Origin: an uncultured virus (IMG/VR IMGVR_UViG_3300028840_007129)
Lineage: Duplodnaviria; Heunggongvirae; Uroviricota; Caudoviricetes
Strand: one strand, 5' to 3'
Virus record (IMG/VR): IMGVR_UViG_3300028840_007129
Length of the DNA stretch: 64,000 nt
The notes beneath the pieces were generated by a model. It worked only from the letters and a program-made list of their open reading frames with translations, ran no database searches and was not told the origin of the DNA. This document shows, piece by piece, positions 40,410 through 52,215 of this stretch; the first letter of the stretch is position 1; the number at the start of each line of letters is the position of its first letter. The position numbers and the translations under genes are program-made.

Positions 40410-41763
40410 TTAATAGTATCGACTCGCACCAAAGTAGTAGACGTTCTCTCCCTTGGTTTCATGCGTGATGTCCACGTAGTGAACATCCATACATCCCAGA
40501 TAGGTCTGTGTGTCCTGGTCCTGGAGTGCCTGCACCAGGCGGGCCGTCTTCTTGAGATAGTATGTGCCCATTCCAGACTGGGCCAGACTGAGGAGGACCG
40601 TCTTGATGGACTCGACGAACTCGTCGAAGTTCACCGGCAGGCTTACTGAGCGACCGGGCTGAGTAAGTATCTTCTCCAGAGTCGTTTTGAGCCCGTCCCT
40701 GGTCAACTGGGTGGGGATCTCCTCATTGGGAAGGAAGTTCTCGGCCAGGCTCGGGAGGATCTGGGTGACGGCACTGTTGATGAGATAATTCACGTCATCC
40801 TCTTTCGGAGCCCTCTCTTCGAGTTGCTGAAGGGACGTGATACCATACTCCTTGAATTTATCCTCCGTGATAAGTTCCACGAAGGTTAAACTACCCCAGA
40901 TAGAGCCATCATGGATGGACTCCTCAACGATGGCTTCTACCTCGTTCTTGGTATCTTCGGGGTCATTACCACGAGCTTTGATGATAGTGATCTGATGGCT
41001 CATTACTCACCTCCTCTGAGTCTGCTTTCGAGGAGCCTGATATTCTCGTCGTACTTGAGGTCACCGATAAGTTCGGGGAGTCGTTCCCTGGGACAGGTTT
41101 TGACCCTGAACTCCTCGATGTACTTCACACCGGCATCCAGGCTTTCTTTGTAACTGTGAACAGCGAGGTCGTCCTTCCAGAAGGCATACCGGATATTCTC
41201 AGCCATGTCCCGTTCAGCTACTGGTTCGAGCTGTGTCTCGTAATCGATCAGCTCGCGCTCCTTCAGTTCATCCAGACTGACGGAGGCTATCGTATAACCT
41301 CCCTGGAGTTCGGCAATGAGTATGTCCCGGCATCGAAAGTTGCATACCCAGACGGAACCGTGGGGGAACCTGTGCCGTAGGGCTCCCTCTTCTCCACAGA
41401 CGACGCACTTACGGGCACGCATTGCTTACCTCACTGGATGTAGGTGACACCGGTATAGGGACAGGTCAGGAGGACTTTCACCTTGAACTTGTTGTCCGCA
41501 AGGATGTCCTGGAGAGCTATGTTCTCTCCTCTGTACCCCTTCAGACTCAGGGTGTACCGATATCCCATCTCCTGATACCGGGGGCTGGTTACCTGCTTGT
41601 CCCAGTGGGACAGGAGCAGAATGAAATCACTGTCGGATGTGCAATACACATGGCACGCTACCCCTTGCGGGCAGTTGTTGCTGTGCGACAGGTACGTATA
41701 CTTTTTGAATGTTCCGAATACCTTCTTCTCCCGGATCTCTCTGCTGCCCACAAAGATAGCCAT
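40410..41763 (-). CDS. Three hypothetical genes (40410-41003, 41003-41422, 41431-41763)
   Basis: Coupled ORFs with SD sites. Confidence 0.65.
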
Positions 41764-41766
41764 GCG

Positions 41767-42072
41767 TTACCTCCACTGAATCTTTCGACGCTGAGGCTCG
41801 GGCTCGACGGTCTTTCGTGCGGGTCGCTTGTTGGGAGTCCTCTGAACCGGATGAGGGAGTTCACCATTTCCCTCAAGACTCTTCAAGCAGTAGGAGTCCG
41901 CGATTCCGGCCTCGACCATCCGGGTATGTTTGCAGGTTCTGACGCCGTTCTTGCAGCGCCTCGTCCATCCGAAGCAGTTGCAGGAGGTGCTTCCATCGTC
42001 ATACAGGAGGGTCTCATAGGCCTTGTCGGGGTTGCTTTCCGACTCGAACCACCAGGATTTCTTGATACCCAT
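41767..42072 (-). CDS. SWIM Zn-finger protein
   Basis: FESESNPDKAY...TSCNCFGW...RTCKH (CxC-xn-CxH). Confidence 0.75.
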   Translation of the reverse strand: MGIKKSWWFESESNPDKAYETLLYDDGSTSCNCFGWTRRCKNGVRTCKHTRMVEAGIADSYCLKSLEGNGELPHPVQRTPNKRPARKTVEPEPQRRKIQWR

Positions 42073-42116
42073 TGTTTACCTCCCGAGAGAGGGGTGAGGA
42101 ATCGTCCTCCCCGTGG

Positions 42117-43590
42117 TTACTCATCGTCGTCGGCGGTTAGGTCTTCCAGATACTCCGGATTGGCTTCGGAGATGACAGCCTCGACGGTGACTACGTAGGT
42201 CTTGCCGTCATCGGCCTCGAACACCACCTCACCGAGAATCTCGGAGGAGCAGGAGGCATCCAGGAGGTCTCCGCAACTCTCCAGGAGTTCTTCCTTGGTG
42301 GTGATGGAGTCATTGAGTTCACCGGTGCGAATCCACTTCGTGATCTTCATGTTACAGGCTCCTGGCTAGGGTTTCGATACGCTTGTCCAGATAATCATTC
42401 AGTCCGATGAACTCCAGAATGTTTGAACGATTCATGCTCCGCCACAGACCAGGATACTTATCCGGAGTCTCAGAGAGGTGACCAAGCAGGGCATCCTGCC
42501 AGACCTGGGGCATCTCGTTCCAGGCCACTCGACGATAGTGCCGGTAGATGTGCCAGTCACTTACGGAGGTGGAACAGAGCTGGGGCTTGTTGGGGATGGG
42601 GTATGACAGGAGTTCCCCGATACCTTCGTAGCACCCGTTGACCCGCTCATCGACGAAGACCAGGAGGTAGGTTTTGTTCTTACGCTCCAGGTACAGGCGG
42701 ACAATCTCGTTTTTCTTCGGCCAGCCCATGTTATTTCCTCTTATTCACGAAACGAAGGACTTCCCGTTTCGTTCGGGCGTCTTTCAGATGCATCCCCTGG
42801 TGGTCAAACACGGCGTACTTGGGAAGGTTCCAATGCCGATAGTCGCATCGTCTATAGATGTGGAGAGTGCCGACAGTTTCCACAGGAATAATCTCGACCC
42901 CGTTATATTCCTCGTAGTAAGGCATGGCTATTCCTTTGCTCGCATTTCGATGAGAGATTCCAGACTGGTTCCGATAAGGTCCGGAAGCCGGTCATCCGGT
43001 ATAGCCTTCAGCAGCTCCTTCAGTTCAGGGAGGATTGCCAGGCACACCTTCAACCGGTACTCCTCGGGAACCTCAAGCCAGCACGATGTGCCGCATTCTC
43101 CCTTGGAGTTTATCGCGTTGATACGGATAGACTCGTCGGACAGTCCTTTCTGTACGTTTATTCCCGTACAATGGACATAGCCGTTTCGACCCTTGAATTG
43201 GATAAGTCTTGTCTTACAGGCCTCACGCCATTCGACTGTCTCATCGAAGTCGATTGAGATGTTCATTTATTATTCCAGGGAAGCGGTCTCGAAAGCGGTG
43301 GACTTCCAGATTTTGGTCTTGATCTGACCCTTCTTCGGGTCATAGAAGAAGGGGATGATACGGTACTTCTTGGTACCCACCTGAATCTCCCGGTGGAAAA
43401 CGATCCTCTCGGGAGTTATCTCGATGAACTCCTGGAGCACCTCATTCATGAGGGCATCATGCTGTGCGTAGAGAACCTTGAGTCCCTCAATCTTCTTGCG
43501 AAGAGTCTTGAGCTGTTCCAGCTTCTTTTGAACGGAACCGAAAGATGCGGAGATGGAGTTCGTGGACTTCATAAAGATAGTCTCCTTCAA
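42117..43590 (-). CDS. Five small hypothetical genes (42117-42350, 42352-42729, 42731-42925, 42928-43266, 43270-43590)
   Basis: 1-3 nt spacing between ORFs. Confidence 0.65.
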
Positions 43591-44777
43591 ATGTTTGGGT
43601 CGAGGTGTACGCGCTTACCCCACTCAACAGGGGGCCGCTTCCCTTCAGGCAATACCCACAGGACATGAGCATTCTTAGGAGGGCTACAGGAGTCAGCTTC
43701 CCCGTCAGTGAGGATGATGACACCCCGATACCTCCGCTTATCAACCAGACTGATGACAGGTCCGAAAGACGTACCGCCTCTCCCGGTGAAAGTATAGGAG
43801 TTATGGTGGCGGTCGAAGGGTCTGGGTCCGTCTGTGATGTCAGCGTCGAACATGACCACATCGATGGGCATGTAGTCCAACATCCCGTTGATGACACCCA
43901 GGAAAGACGATTGGAGATGTCCACTGATAGACATGCTGTCATCGATGGCTACCAACAGCCTGTCTGCCGTACCCCTTTTGGATCCGGGGTGGAGGATACC
44001 TGTGCGACGGTTGGGCCGCTTACGGGTAGGCTCCCGATTCTTCCAGATAAGGTTGCCTGCGAACCTCCTGATGATGTTCCGCCAGTTTATCCGACGTACT
44101 TGAGCCGCCAGAATAATCTCTTTGAGACCCTCGGAGACTGACCCCCACTGACCGTTTAGGTCTATCTCCCGAATCTTCGCCCGGATAACCTCTTCGGCTA
44201 TCTCGTCTTCCTTCCAACCGGAGTGGTCGTCGATAGGCTGCCCGTCCCGGTCCGGCTGCCCTCCAGACTGACCAGACTGCGGGCTGCCTTCCTTACCAGG
44301 CACTGCCTGCTCACGGAGGAACCGCTCGTACCACTCGGCGCTCTGCTTCTCCTCTATGGTCGGGTAGAGGTCTTTGAACGTAGCGACGTACGTCCCGAAG
44401 AGCTTACCGTTTGATTTCGGGGGCTCGCACCGGTCCTGAACTTCGGGTATAAGCTCATTGACCGCCAGGTCACAGGGGATATTACCGAGAGAGCGTGACG
44501 TGCAGTGATGGAGAGCTATGTGCATGGCCTCGTGGAAGAGTACGTAAGTAGCCTCGGAATCCTCCAGACTCATGAGGAAATCAGGGTTATAGACCAGCTC
44601 GAAGCGGTGCCCGCCAAGAACCCGGACACCCATGGTCTCGACATCGCGGGTCATTCTCTTCGACGCCAGGCCAAGTATCCTGTTGACGAAGGAGAACCTG
44701 ATGGTGAGGAAGTTCACCAGCCACTCGAACCTCTCCTGGGCTTTGGAGAGGTTCGTGACCGTTGTGATGTCGTTCAT
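43587..44777 (-). CDS. DUF2201-type metallopeptidase + VWA domain protein
   Basis: YNPDF, HEAMH (HExxH), DLAVN, DDHSGW, MIDAS-like AIDDSMS, GRGGTSF and IILTDG. Confidence 0.88.
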   Translation of the reverse strand: MNDITTVTNLSKAQERFEWLVNFLTIRFSFVNRILGLASKRMTRDVETMGVRVLGGHRFELVYNPDFLMSLEDSEATYVLFHEAMHIALHHCTSRSLGNIPCDLAVNELIPEVQDRCEPPKSNGKLFGTYVATFKDLYPTIEEKQSAEWYERFLREQAVPGKEGSPQSGQSGGQPDRDGQPIDDHSGWKEDEIAEEVIRAKIREIDLNGQWGSVSEGLKEIILAAQVRRINWRNIIRRFAGNLIWKNREPTRKRPNRRTGILHPGSKRGTADRLLVAIDDSMSISGHLQSSFLGVINGMLDYMPIDVVMFDADITDGPRPFDRHHNSYTFTGRGGTSFGPVISLVDKRRYRGVIILTDGEADSCSPPKNAHVLWVLPEGKRPPVEWGKRVHLDPNI

Positions 44778-44787
44778 AGCAGGCTCC

Positions 44788-45918
44788 TTACTTCTGTACC
44801 AGACTGAAGAGATACTCCCCGATGGCCTTATTACTCCGAGACCATTTCACGGCCTCGGGGCGATTGGCATTGAGAAGATCCGTCCACATCCGAGATGCGG
44901 ACTCCTTGGGGAGGGCCTTCAGGAAGGTGAAGAGATTATCGTTCTGCTTCGCCTTGATGGTGTTGCCCTCCTTGAAGTGTCTTGCCACAAGGTCACAGTA
45001 GAAGGTGGCCTCGGCAGGATTCGTCACCTTGGAGAGCGTGGCCTCGGTCTTGGAGGGGTTGTTGAGGATATCTTCTACGGACAGAACATCGAAGTCCTTG
45101 CTCACGAACTCCACGAAGTTCACCGCCACCGTGTTACCGACATACCCCTTCGCCAGAAGCGTGAGATAATCGAGATCCTTGATGGGATTGTCACCGTTCT
45201 CGGTCATGTGCTTGATGTTGTTGGACAGCATCACCCATGACCGCCGACAGGGATAGACCTTACCGGGGTCCATCTGCTCGGGGGTGTCCAGATCCAGCGG
45301 CACCTTGGTAATGTACTGGATGATGGCCGGATGTACGCCGATGGTGAGGGCGTGGTCCATCCACTCGGGGACGGTTGGTTTGAAGTCATTCACGAAGAAC
45401 CGGCTCAGCAGGGCCGGGTCGATGTCGAGGACGGCGTAGATGTCCTGGTCGGCGTTGGCGGCGGAGACCACCCGCCAGCCCATCGGGAGCGGGTTGAGGT
45501 TGAGGGTGTAGTCCAGACTGATTTCGAAGCCAGTCTGCTGGACTTCCCTGGTGGCCCGGTCCAGCTCGTCGAGGAACAGGAACCCGAAGGAGTCGGGGTC
45601 ACGGGGGAACCAGACTGGGAGGTCATGGACCATGACGTTGGGAATCTCTACCGTCTCCTGCACCGCCAGGCCGCCCTTGTAGACGGTCCTGGTGAAGGGG
45701 TACATGGACAGGGTCCGAGGCATCCCGATAACGTCACCGGGTTCCCGTTGGGAAAGTCTGATATCAATGAATTCGTAAGCCCTCCCGGTCTGTGCCGAAA
45801 GCTCAAGGGCACACTGCCGGACGACTTCGGACTTACCGATACCGTGACGGCCCCTCAGCAGCATGGAGTGCCGGGGAGCCATGCCCTTCAGGGTTCGCTT
45901 TGTCATGGTAACGTTCAT
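44788..45918 (-). CDS. MoxR/AAA_5-like ATPase, partner of the VWA protein
   Basis: Walker A GRHGIGKS, IDIRLSQ, Walker B LFLDELDRA, SAAN, DPALLSRF and RRSW. Confidence 0.88.
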   Translation of the reverse strand: MNVTMTKRTLKGMAPRHSMLLRGRHGIGKSEVVRQCALELSAQTGRAYEFIDIRLSQREPGDVIGMPRTLSMYPFTRTVYKGGLAVQETVEIPNVMVHDLPVWFPRDPDSFGFLFLDELDRATREVQQTGFEISLDYTLNLNPLPMGWRVVSAANADQDIYAVLDIDPALLSRFFVNDFKPTVPEWMDHALTIGVHPAIIQYITKVPLDLDTPEQMDPGKVYPCRRSWVMLSNNIKHMTENGDNPIKDLDYLTLLAKGYVGNTVAVNFVEFVSKDFDVLSVEDILNNPSKTEATLSKVTNPAEATFYCDLVARHFKEGNTIKAKQNDNLFTFLKALPKESASRMWTDLLNANRPEAVKWSRSNKAIGEYLFSLVQK

Positions 45919-45945
45919 GAGACCTCCATGGATAAGGGCGAGTGA

Positions 45946-47881
45946 TTAATTCTTCGTGAATAGCTGCTTTATGGCCCTTGCTTTCATGATCTCCTCCTTG
46001 ATATCGGAGGCAGTGAGCCGGTTTGCATACTTGAATTGGTAGGCATCCATGGCATCAACATGGATGAGCGTCACAGGCTTCAAGGACAAAACGATGTATA
46101 CTGCCTTGCCATCAGCGACAGGAAAGCTGACCATCTCACCGGCATATTTTCCTGTTCCATGGGCCTTGGCCCATGCCTTGAGCGATGTGATGTACTCATC
46201 ACAACTTTTGAGATACTCTTTGTCATTGAAGGGAGAACTGATAGCAGGGGCCTTGAATCCTTCAGGAACTCCGAAAATCTTTGCCATACTACTCCTCTTG
46301 ATGGGGTTCACTCAACGTATACCGTGCTTCTCTGCGGCCTTGACCACATCCCATTCGACATCCTTGAACTTCTCCACGAACTCATGGATGTTGAGGGGCT
46401 GGGTGGGCTCGTCGTCTACAAGGGTGATAATCTCTATCTCATGCCAGACGTGATCATCGGTACTGGGATAGCTGACCATCCTCGGTTGCAGATCCTCCAG
46501 TCCCACATCGGAGGGGATGAAGTTCTCGCCATCCTCCAGATTGTCCAGAAGAAGGTCGCGTTCCTCATCGGTTATCTCACCAGCGAAGACTACGGAGGCG
46601 AACTGCTTGTAGTTCGAGGCATCCCGGTACAGATACTCGAATTTCGTATTCATAATCCCTTTCTTTCTCCTCAGTACTGAAAGCCTGAGTATACGGTGAA
46701 GTCCTCGGGCTTGAGACTGATACCGTAACATTGCTGGAGTTTATTGACCCCAGCCTGCCGGATCTCTTTCTCGTCCTCCGTGCGGGTCTTTACCCACACT
46801 CCTTCTCGTGTTCCCTTTCGCAGAGGGGGTGTCACATTCGGAACATCCTGCGGACAGATGAAACTCAAAGGGGTGCTATACACGTTCCCATTCCGTATTG
46901 TCGGTAGGTTTCTGGAGGTCCTTCCGAGAGAGTTCCTTCCAGTTAAGGACTTTACCAGTGGCCAGTTCGATATCGAGTTCCACGTAGTCCCCGTAATGTT
47001 CTCCGGGCATGAAGTCAGGAACGTATCCGTTGTGCTGGGCGATAGGGGCATTGTTGGAATCGAGCAGGGTTACTGAACACAAGTCTGAACACTTGGCTAC
47101 GACTCGGACCACGACAGCTTTGGAAATATTCACGTTGTCCTCCTTAATCATCTTCCAACCACAGGAATTCGTTCTCATTGGCGAGCAGGCCGTAGCGACC
47201 GTTCCCGCATCCTTGGTACTCACTGGAGTAGAAAACACAGGGACGACCTGTCTCGTGGGAGATCCTTATGTCTCTCCCGAGATGGTGGTCTGTATGGTGA
47301 CTCCTTTCGAGGATGAAGCGACCATTGCGCTCGGTATAACCGGGGCCGTGCTCAGAGATGTCTTTGAAGTAATACAGGAACTCCTTCAGGACTTTCTTGC
47401 CTACCGGTCCGATCTTCCTGAAGTCATCCCTCCTGTATCGCTCTCCGTGCTGGGCACTCTTTGAGAGCCACAGGTTCTTGATATAATCCGGACTGATGAA
47501 CCGGGGGTCGAACTTCTTTTGGAACTGTTCGAAACTCTTGAACTCGGATCCCTTCTGTACGTCAACCAGCTCATAGCTCTGCATCGAGTCGAAAGGGAAG
47601 TGATATCCCCCCCGACAATTCCTGCGGGGCATGTAGTACAGTTCGGGGCCTTTCAGGAAGAATATGGGGAAGACATACTCGGTGACTTCCTTGTACCTCC
47701 TTCTGACAACGATTGTCGTTGGAGTCTTGAACTTGACCGCGATACGGGTGAACTTGCTGAAGTTGTTAATGTCCACTTTGATTTCTTCAGGAGTCCTGTC
47801 GGGCTTCTGGACGACGTTCTCGATAAACTCATCGAGTCTATAATCCAGACCGATAAACTCCATGATATTGGAAGGTATCAT
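45946..47881 (-). CDS. Hypothetical genes (45946-~46287, 46312-~46653, ~46876-47130, 47144-47881)
   Basis: Co-oriented ORFs with no recognised family. Confidence 0.6.
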
Positions 47882-48010
47882 ATCGTTCCTCCCCGCAGGG
47901 CCGCCAGGTCGTCCTTGAGTTTCGCTTCCAGACTATCCAGACTGCCCCGGTCCATTACCAGGAGCTGGGTGAGACCCTAGAAGTATCCGGCTCCGTAGTC
48001 CTTACCCTCC

Positions 48011-48231
48011 TTAACAGGGTTCGACTTTGGTACCCAGACGTATCTCTTCGAGGACGGCAGCGATGTGCTCGGCCCGTTCTAGGTGTCCGGTCCATACTAT
48101 GGCCCGTCCTGTGAAGTGGGCCTCGAACATGATTGCTGCTGCTTGCTCACGGGAACAGGTGATGGCCTTCATTATCTGGTCCATCACCTCGTTCATCGTG
48201 TGGTCCTCGTCGTTGAAGAGGATGACGTTGC
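48011..48231 (-). CDS. clpS: ClpS N-degron adaptor homolog with an anomalous 5' end
   Basis: In-frame NVILFNDEDHTMNEVMDQIMKA...AHFTGRAIV...LEEIRL; the conserved VILFND motif lies upstream of the first ATG (48196). Confidence 0.75.
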
Positions 48232-50095
48232 CTCCTCGTATTCCTGAGCCGCTTTGTCCACGTTGTAGAGGCGCTCGGGAATTACCCGGTACGGTCTCTT
48301 TCCATGCGGGGGAAATGCCTTCTCGTTACAGGGCCAGTAGCACTCGAAAGCGTCCAACTCACCATCGCAGAAGGTGCCTTTGGCTTCCACATTCATCCGG
48401 CTACCGCTGTTCATCTCAATGGTTATCTTCATGGTGTTACTCCATTATCACGGATTGTATGGTGCTGATGAACTCGACGCCGACACTGGTGTACCCGTGG
48501 AACCATTCCTCAAAGAACTCCTTCAAATGCTGTTCAGCGTTCTGAAAGGCATTCTCCGTGTCCTGAAGGACCTTCTTCTTGAGGAATCCATACAGGAATC
48601 CGCCGAAGATACAGGCAGGTATGATACCGTGAAAGATATCATTGGATTCCATCTTATCCGACGCGAAGGATATCATGGAACCCTTACGCTCATAGGGGGC
48701 CATAAGAGTCTGACCAGCCGTCAGGTCTCTGAAGTCAGCACTCAGAATCATGAGTGCCTCACCGCGTTCCTCGGGCGGGTATTCGGAGGGGAGCTTGTCT
48801 ATCTTCGAGGGGTCTGATACGCCCCTATATTCCTTCATATAGGTGTCTATAATCAGGACCACCCTGCTGATAAGATTATCGAAACAGAACTCTCCGAGGG
48901 CTTTGAAGGCAACGCTTTTCGAGTGCTCGTGGAGCGGAACGAGTGTAATACCAACGAAGTTATCCCCCTGGAACATAAGGGCTTTCGGTATGAACTCCTC
49001 GCACCTTTCGCTGCACCCTTCCAGATCCTTACGGGCCAGTTCCAGAACCTGATTGACGTTCATGTTATCTCTCCTATCCTTACGATGAGGACGGTGGTTA
49101 GACAGACCATGGATGTGATGGCATCCAGACGGTAACGCAGTCTGGATATCTTGAAGAACCGGGCTGCAATGCTCATGAACACGAGCAGCACTCCAGCCGC
49201 CTGAACATTGCGGTTATTGCTGAAGCACCAGACAACCGAGTAAACCATGTAAGCCATGGCAAGAATGAAGTTAAGAATCCTTGGAATGGCTCGCTCAATC
49301 TGATTGGCCCAGACGTAGGAGCCCTTTGTGAGACTGATAGCCTCAACGGTTATTGCGTAGAGGATGACGATGAGTTCCATGATAGCTCCAGACAGACCTG
49401 CTTGGCTCTGATCGGTTTCAGTTCGGGGAACTTACGGTACAGAGCCGCACGAGACCTGTTCAGTTCACCCAGTTGCCGGTGGGCTCGAATGAAGTCTTTC
49501 GTTGAGAAGTTGTCCGGATGACTCTTCATCTGCTTGAGACGGCCCAGGAGAGCACCGGTGCTCTCCTTGAGGGCCCTATTCATTTCACGAGCTTTGGTGA
49601 TATTCATGCGTACCTGAAGGGACGGGGTTTATTGACTGTGGGTTTGGCAATCGCCGTGAACTTCGGGGGCTCCCACGTCGCTCCCCAGTTCTTGTACGAA
49701 GTACCCTGCTTGTATTTCGTCTCCACGAATTGGTGGTATGCCTGCCTGTCCCTGATATGAATACGCCCCTTGGCTGTCTCACGGTGGAGATAGGAGACGA
49801 ACCCGGTTATCTGGAAGATGGACAGGTCGGCCCAACCCTGGTCCTGATGGTTCTTGAGAAGTTCAACGCAATCATCGTCTCCAATCTGCCCGTTCTGGAA
49901 GATGAAGAACTTCCGAATGGTATCCTTCTCGTGACCCTCAAGGCGGCGTTTCCTGGTGGCCGAATGCCCGTTCCCGTTACGCTTGGGACGCTCCGTCACC
50001 TCAACTACCTGAGATTCAGTCTGGACCGGCTTGCTGGGAGCCCGCTCGATGAGCATCTCCTCGGCAACCTTGATGTCCCAGACGATCTTCCGCAT
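48193..50095 (-). CDS. Five hypothetical genes (48193-48432, 48437-49063, 49060-49380 membrane, 49350-49607, 49604-50095)
   Basis: Coupled ORFs. Confidence 0.65.
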
Positions 50096-50121
50096 AAGTA
50101 TCCTCCCGGTAGTGATTTTGA

Positions 50122-50154
50122 GAAAGAAAAAGGGCGGGAGAAGTCCCCCGCCCT
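50122..50154 (-). terminator. Intrinsic terminator after the AAA ATPase
   Basis: AGGGCGGG-loop-CCCGCCCT followed by TTTTCTTTC. Confidence 0.85.
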
Positions 50155-50163
50155 ATCAAGACC

Positions 50164-51750
50164 TTACCCGGCCACGCTGAGCTTGCGGCCCTTCGTGGGG
50201 GCGATGTCCGTCTTCACCTCCTCGTGCTTCTTGGAAGCCTGCAAGGCTCCGTGCTTCTTGGCCCACTCCTGCGAACCCTTGATCTTCTCGCCCATCAGGT
50301 TGTAGACGGGGGTGACCGTCGCAACCGTCTCAAGGAGGTCCTCGATGAGGAGGTCCTTGTGGCCGAGAGAGAAGGCCCGCGTCAGAGCATTCTTGACCCA
50401 CGTCTCTATCTCGGCACCTGAGTAGTGATCCGAGAGCGAAACGAGCTGGTCAAGGTGAGCCTTGTACGTATCCAGCTTCCGACCCTTCCGACCCAGATGG
50501 ATACCGAGAATCTCCAGGCGCTGCACCGCGTCGGGCAGGTCCACCCAGAAGATACCGTCGATACGACCGGGGCGAAGGAGCTCGGGGGGCAGAGCCTCGA
50601 CCGAGTTGGCCGTGGCCATGATGAACACGTCCGACTTGCGCTCCTGAAGCCAGGTCAGGAACTGCTGGAACACCCGCTTGGTGGTTCCGCCGTCCGTGTC
50701 ACCGCCGCCACCCATGCCACCCAGGGCCTTCTCCAGCTCATCCATCCACAGGATGCAGGGGGCGACCGCCTCAACGAGGTGCTGCACCCGACGCATGTTG
50801 GCTTCCGAGTCGCCAACATACTTCCCGAAGATGTTGCCGAAGTCCAGCCTCAGAAGGGGCCGACCCAGGGCGGACGATGCCGCCTTGGCAGCCAGGGACT
50901 TCCCGGTACCGGGCACTCCCACGAGGAGCAGACCCTTGGGGGGAGTCACGCCGAAGGAGCGGGCCTCTTCGGAGAAGCAGTTCTTCCTCTCCAGGAGCCA
51001 GTCCTTCAGGTTCTCCAAGCCACCGATGTCGTCCAGAGTGTACTCGGACTCCACCACCTCCACCGTCTCGGACTTCCGGACGATGGCGGCTTTCTCCCGG
51101 CGGATGACACTCGGGTCGAACTTGTTGGCTTCGACCAGCGAGACCGAGAAAGCGTTCTCCGCCTCGAAGGAGGTCATACCCAGGGCCGAGTCGATGAGTT
51201 CCTCATCGTCCTTGGGGAACAGAGCGTGCGTCTGACTGATACCACCAGACTCACAGACCGCGTGCAAGACCTTGCGGATCTCGTTGCGGTCCGGGAGCTT
51301 GAAGGGGATAACCGAGACTTCCTTGTCCAGCTCCACCGGGATGTCCACGATGGGACTGACGATGACCAGGACCTTGCCGACCGCCTTGAAGCGGGACAGA
51401 AGGTTCCGGATCTTCCGGCGATACATCGGGGCACTCTGCGCCTTGGTAAGGGCGTTGTGTCCGTCCTTCATGAACAGGATGTGATTGTTGGGCTGACTGT
51501 CCAGCCAGAGCAGCATATCGGCCGGGTCGATGATGGGGGCATCATCAACGGTCACCACCTCACCGGTAGCGAGCACGCCACCCTTGATGCCGATGGGCCG
51601 GATACCGTCCGCCTCGTCCCACGAGAAGGTGTGATAAGGCTCCTTGGCCTTGCTGAGCTGGGAACAGATGGTCGAAAGGGCCCGATACTCCTCGTGGGTC
51701 TCGACCCAGAGGAGGGGATAACCGGCGAGGATGTAATTCAGGAAGTTCAT
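50164..51750 (-). CDS. Ycf46-like AAA+ ATPase
   Basis: AGYPLLWVETHEE.R N-domain, IGGLENLKDWL, PKGLLLVGVPGTGKS, YVGDSE, ILWMDELEK and LPPELLRPGRID. Confidence 0.88.
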   Translation of the reverse strand: MNFLNYILAGYPLLWVETHEEYRALSTICSQLSKAKEPYHTFSWDEADGIRPIGIKGGVLATGEVVTVDDAPIIDPADMLLWLDSQPNNHILFMKDGHNALTKAQSAPMYRRKIRNLLSRFKAVGKVLVIVSPIVDIPVELDKEVSVIPFKLPDRNEIRKVLHAVCESGGISQTHALFPKDDEELIDSALGMTSFEAENAFSVSLVEANKFDPSVIRREKAAIVRKSETVEVVESEYTLDDIGGLENLKDWLLERKNCFSEEARSFGVTPPKGLLLVGVPGTGKSLAAKAASSALGRPLLRLDFGNIFGKYVGDSEANMRRVQHLVEAVAPCILWMDELEKALGGMGGGGDTDGGTTKRVFQQFLTWLQERKSDVFIMATANSVEALPPELLRPGRIDGIFWVDLPDAVQRLEILGIHLGRKGRKLDTYKAHLDQLVSLSDHYSGAEIETWVKNALTRAFSLGHKDLLIEDLLETVATVTPVYNLMGEKIKGSQEWAKKHGALQASKKHEEVKTDIAPTKGRKLSVAG

Positions 51751-51770
51751 CTATACCTCCGAGGTTAAGA

Positions 51771-52013
51771 TTATCCGCACCAGGGATTCACGTTGTGACA
51801 GACGGGAAGGCCTTTCTCCTTGCAGCCTTTCCCACAGAGGGCACAGATTACCGGTTCCAGAGCGGGGTGATACCACACTCCCTTGACCTCACCGTCTTCG
51901 AAGGTGAGTGTGATCTCCGTTTCGGTCTCTTTGGGATCAATCATGTGGACAGTTAGAGCAGGGTTGTCCGCGTTAGCTAATCCACGGAGCCTCATAATGG
52001 CAAAGTCGAGCAA
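51771..52013 (-). CDS. Small Cys-rich protein, copy 1
   Basis: ICALCGKGCKEKGLPVC...PWCG; probable start at the internal MIDPK. Confidence 0.65.
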   Translation of the reverse strand: MLDFAIMRLRGLANADNPALTVHMIDPKETETEITLTFEDGEVKGVWYHPALEPVICALCGKGCKEKGLPVCHNVNPWCG

Positions 52014-52206
52014 CTCGCTGCGCGACCTTATCGATCTGTACCCTGACTCTCTCCTTTTCCATCTCGGTCAGGCCTTCGGTGAGCACGAGGTCCTCAGTCC
52101 AGTAACCAATGGTTTTGGACAGTCCATCCATTATAATCTCCTCGGCTTTACGCTTTGGAGTTGCCTTGACCTTGGCCCCCGTGGATACATCCACAACTTT
52201 GATCAC
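51973..52206 (-). CDS. Hypothetical protein
   Basis: AAGGAGG SD; 77 aa. Confidence 0.65.
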   Translation of the reverse strand: MIKVVDVSTGAKVKATPKRKAEEIIMDGLSKTIGYWTEDLVLTEGLTEMEKERVRVQIDKVAQRVARLCHYEAPWIS

Positions 52207-52215
52207 AATTCCTCC

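Noticed and set aside
50425..51768. Long plus-strand ORFs (447 aa here; also 29931-30824, 53625-54737, 16149-16898, 20516-21145)
   Set aside because: Antisense shadows of strongly codon-biased minus-strand genes, with no motifs or SD sites.
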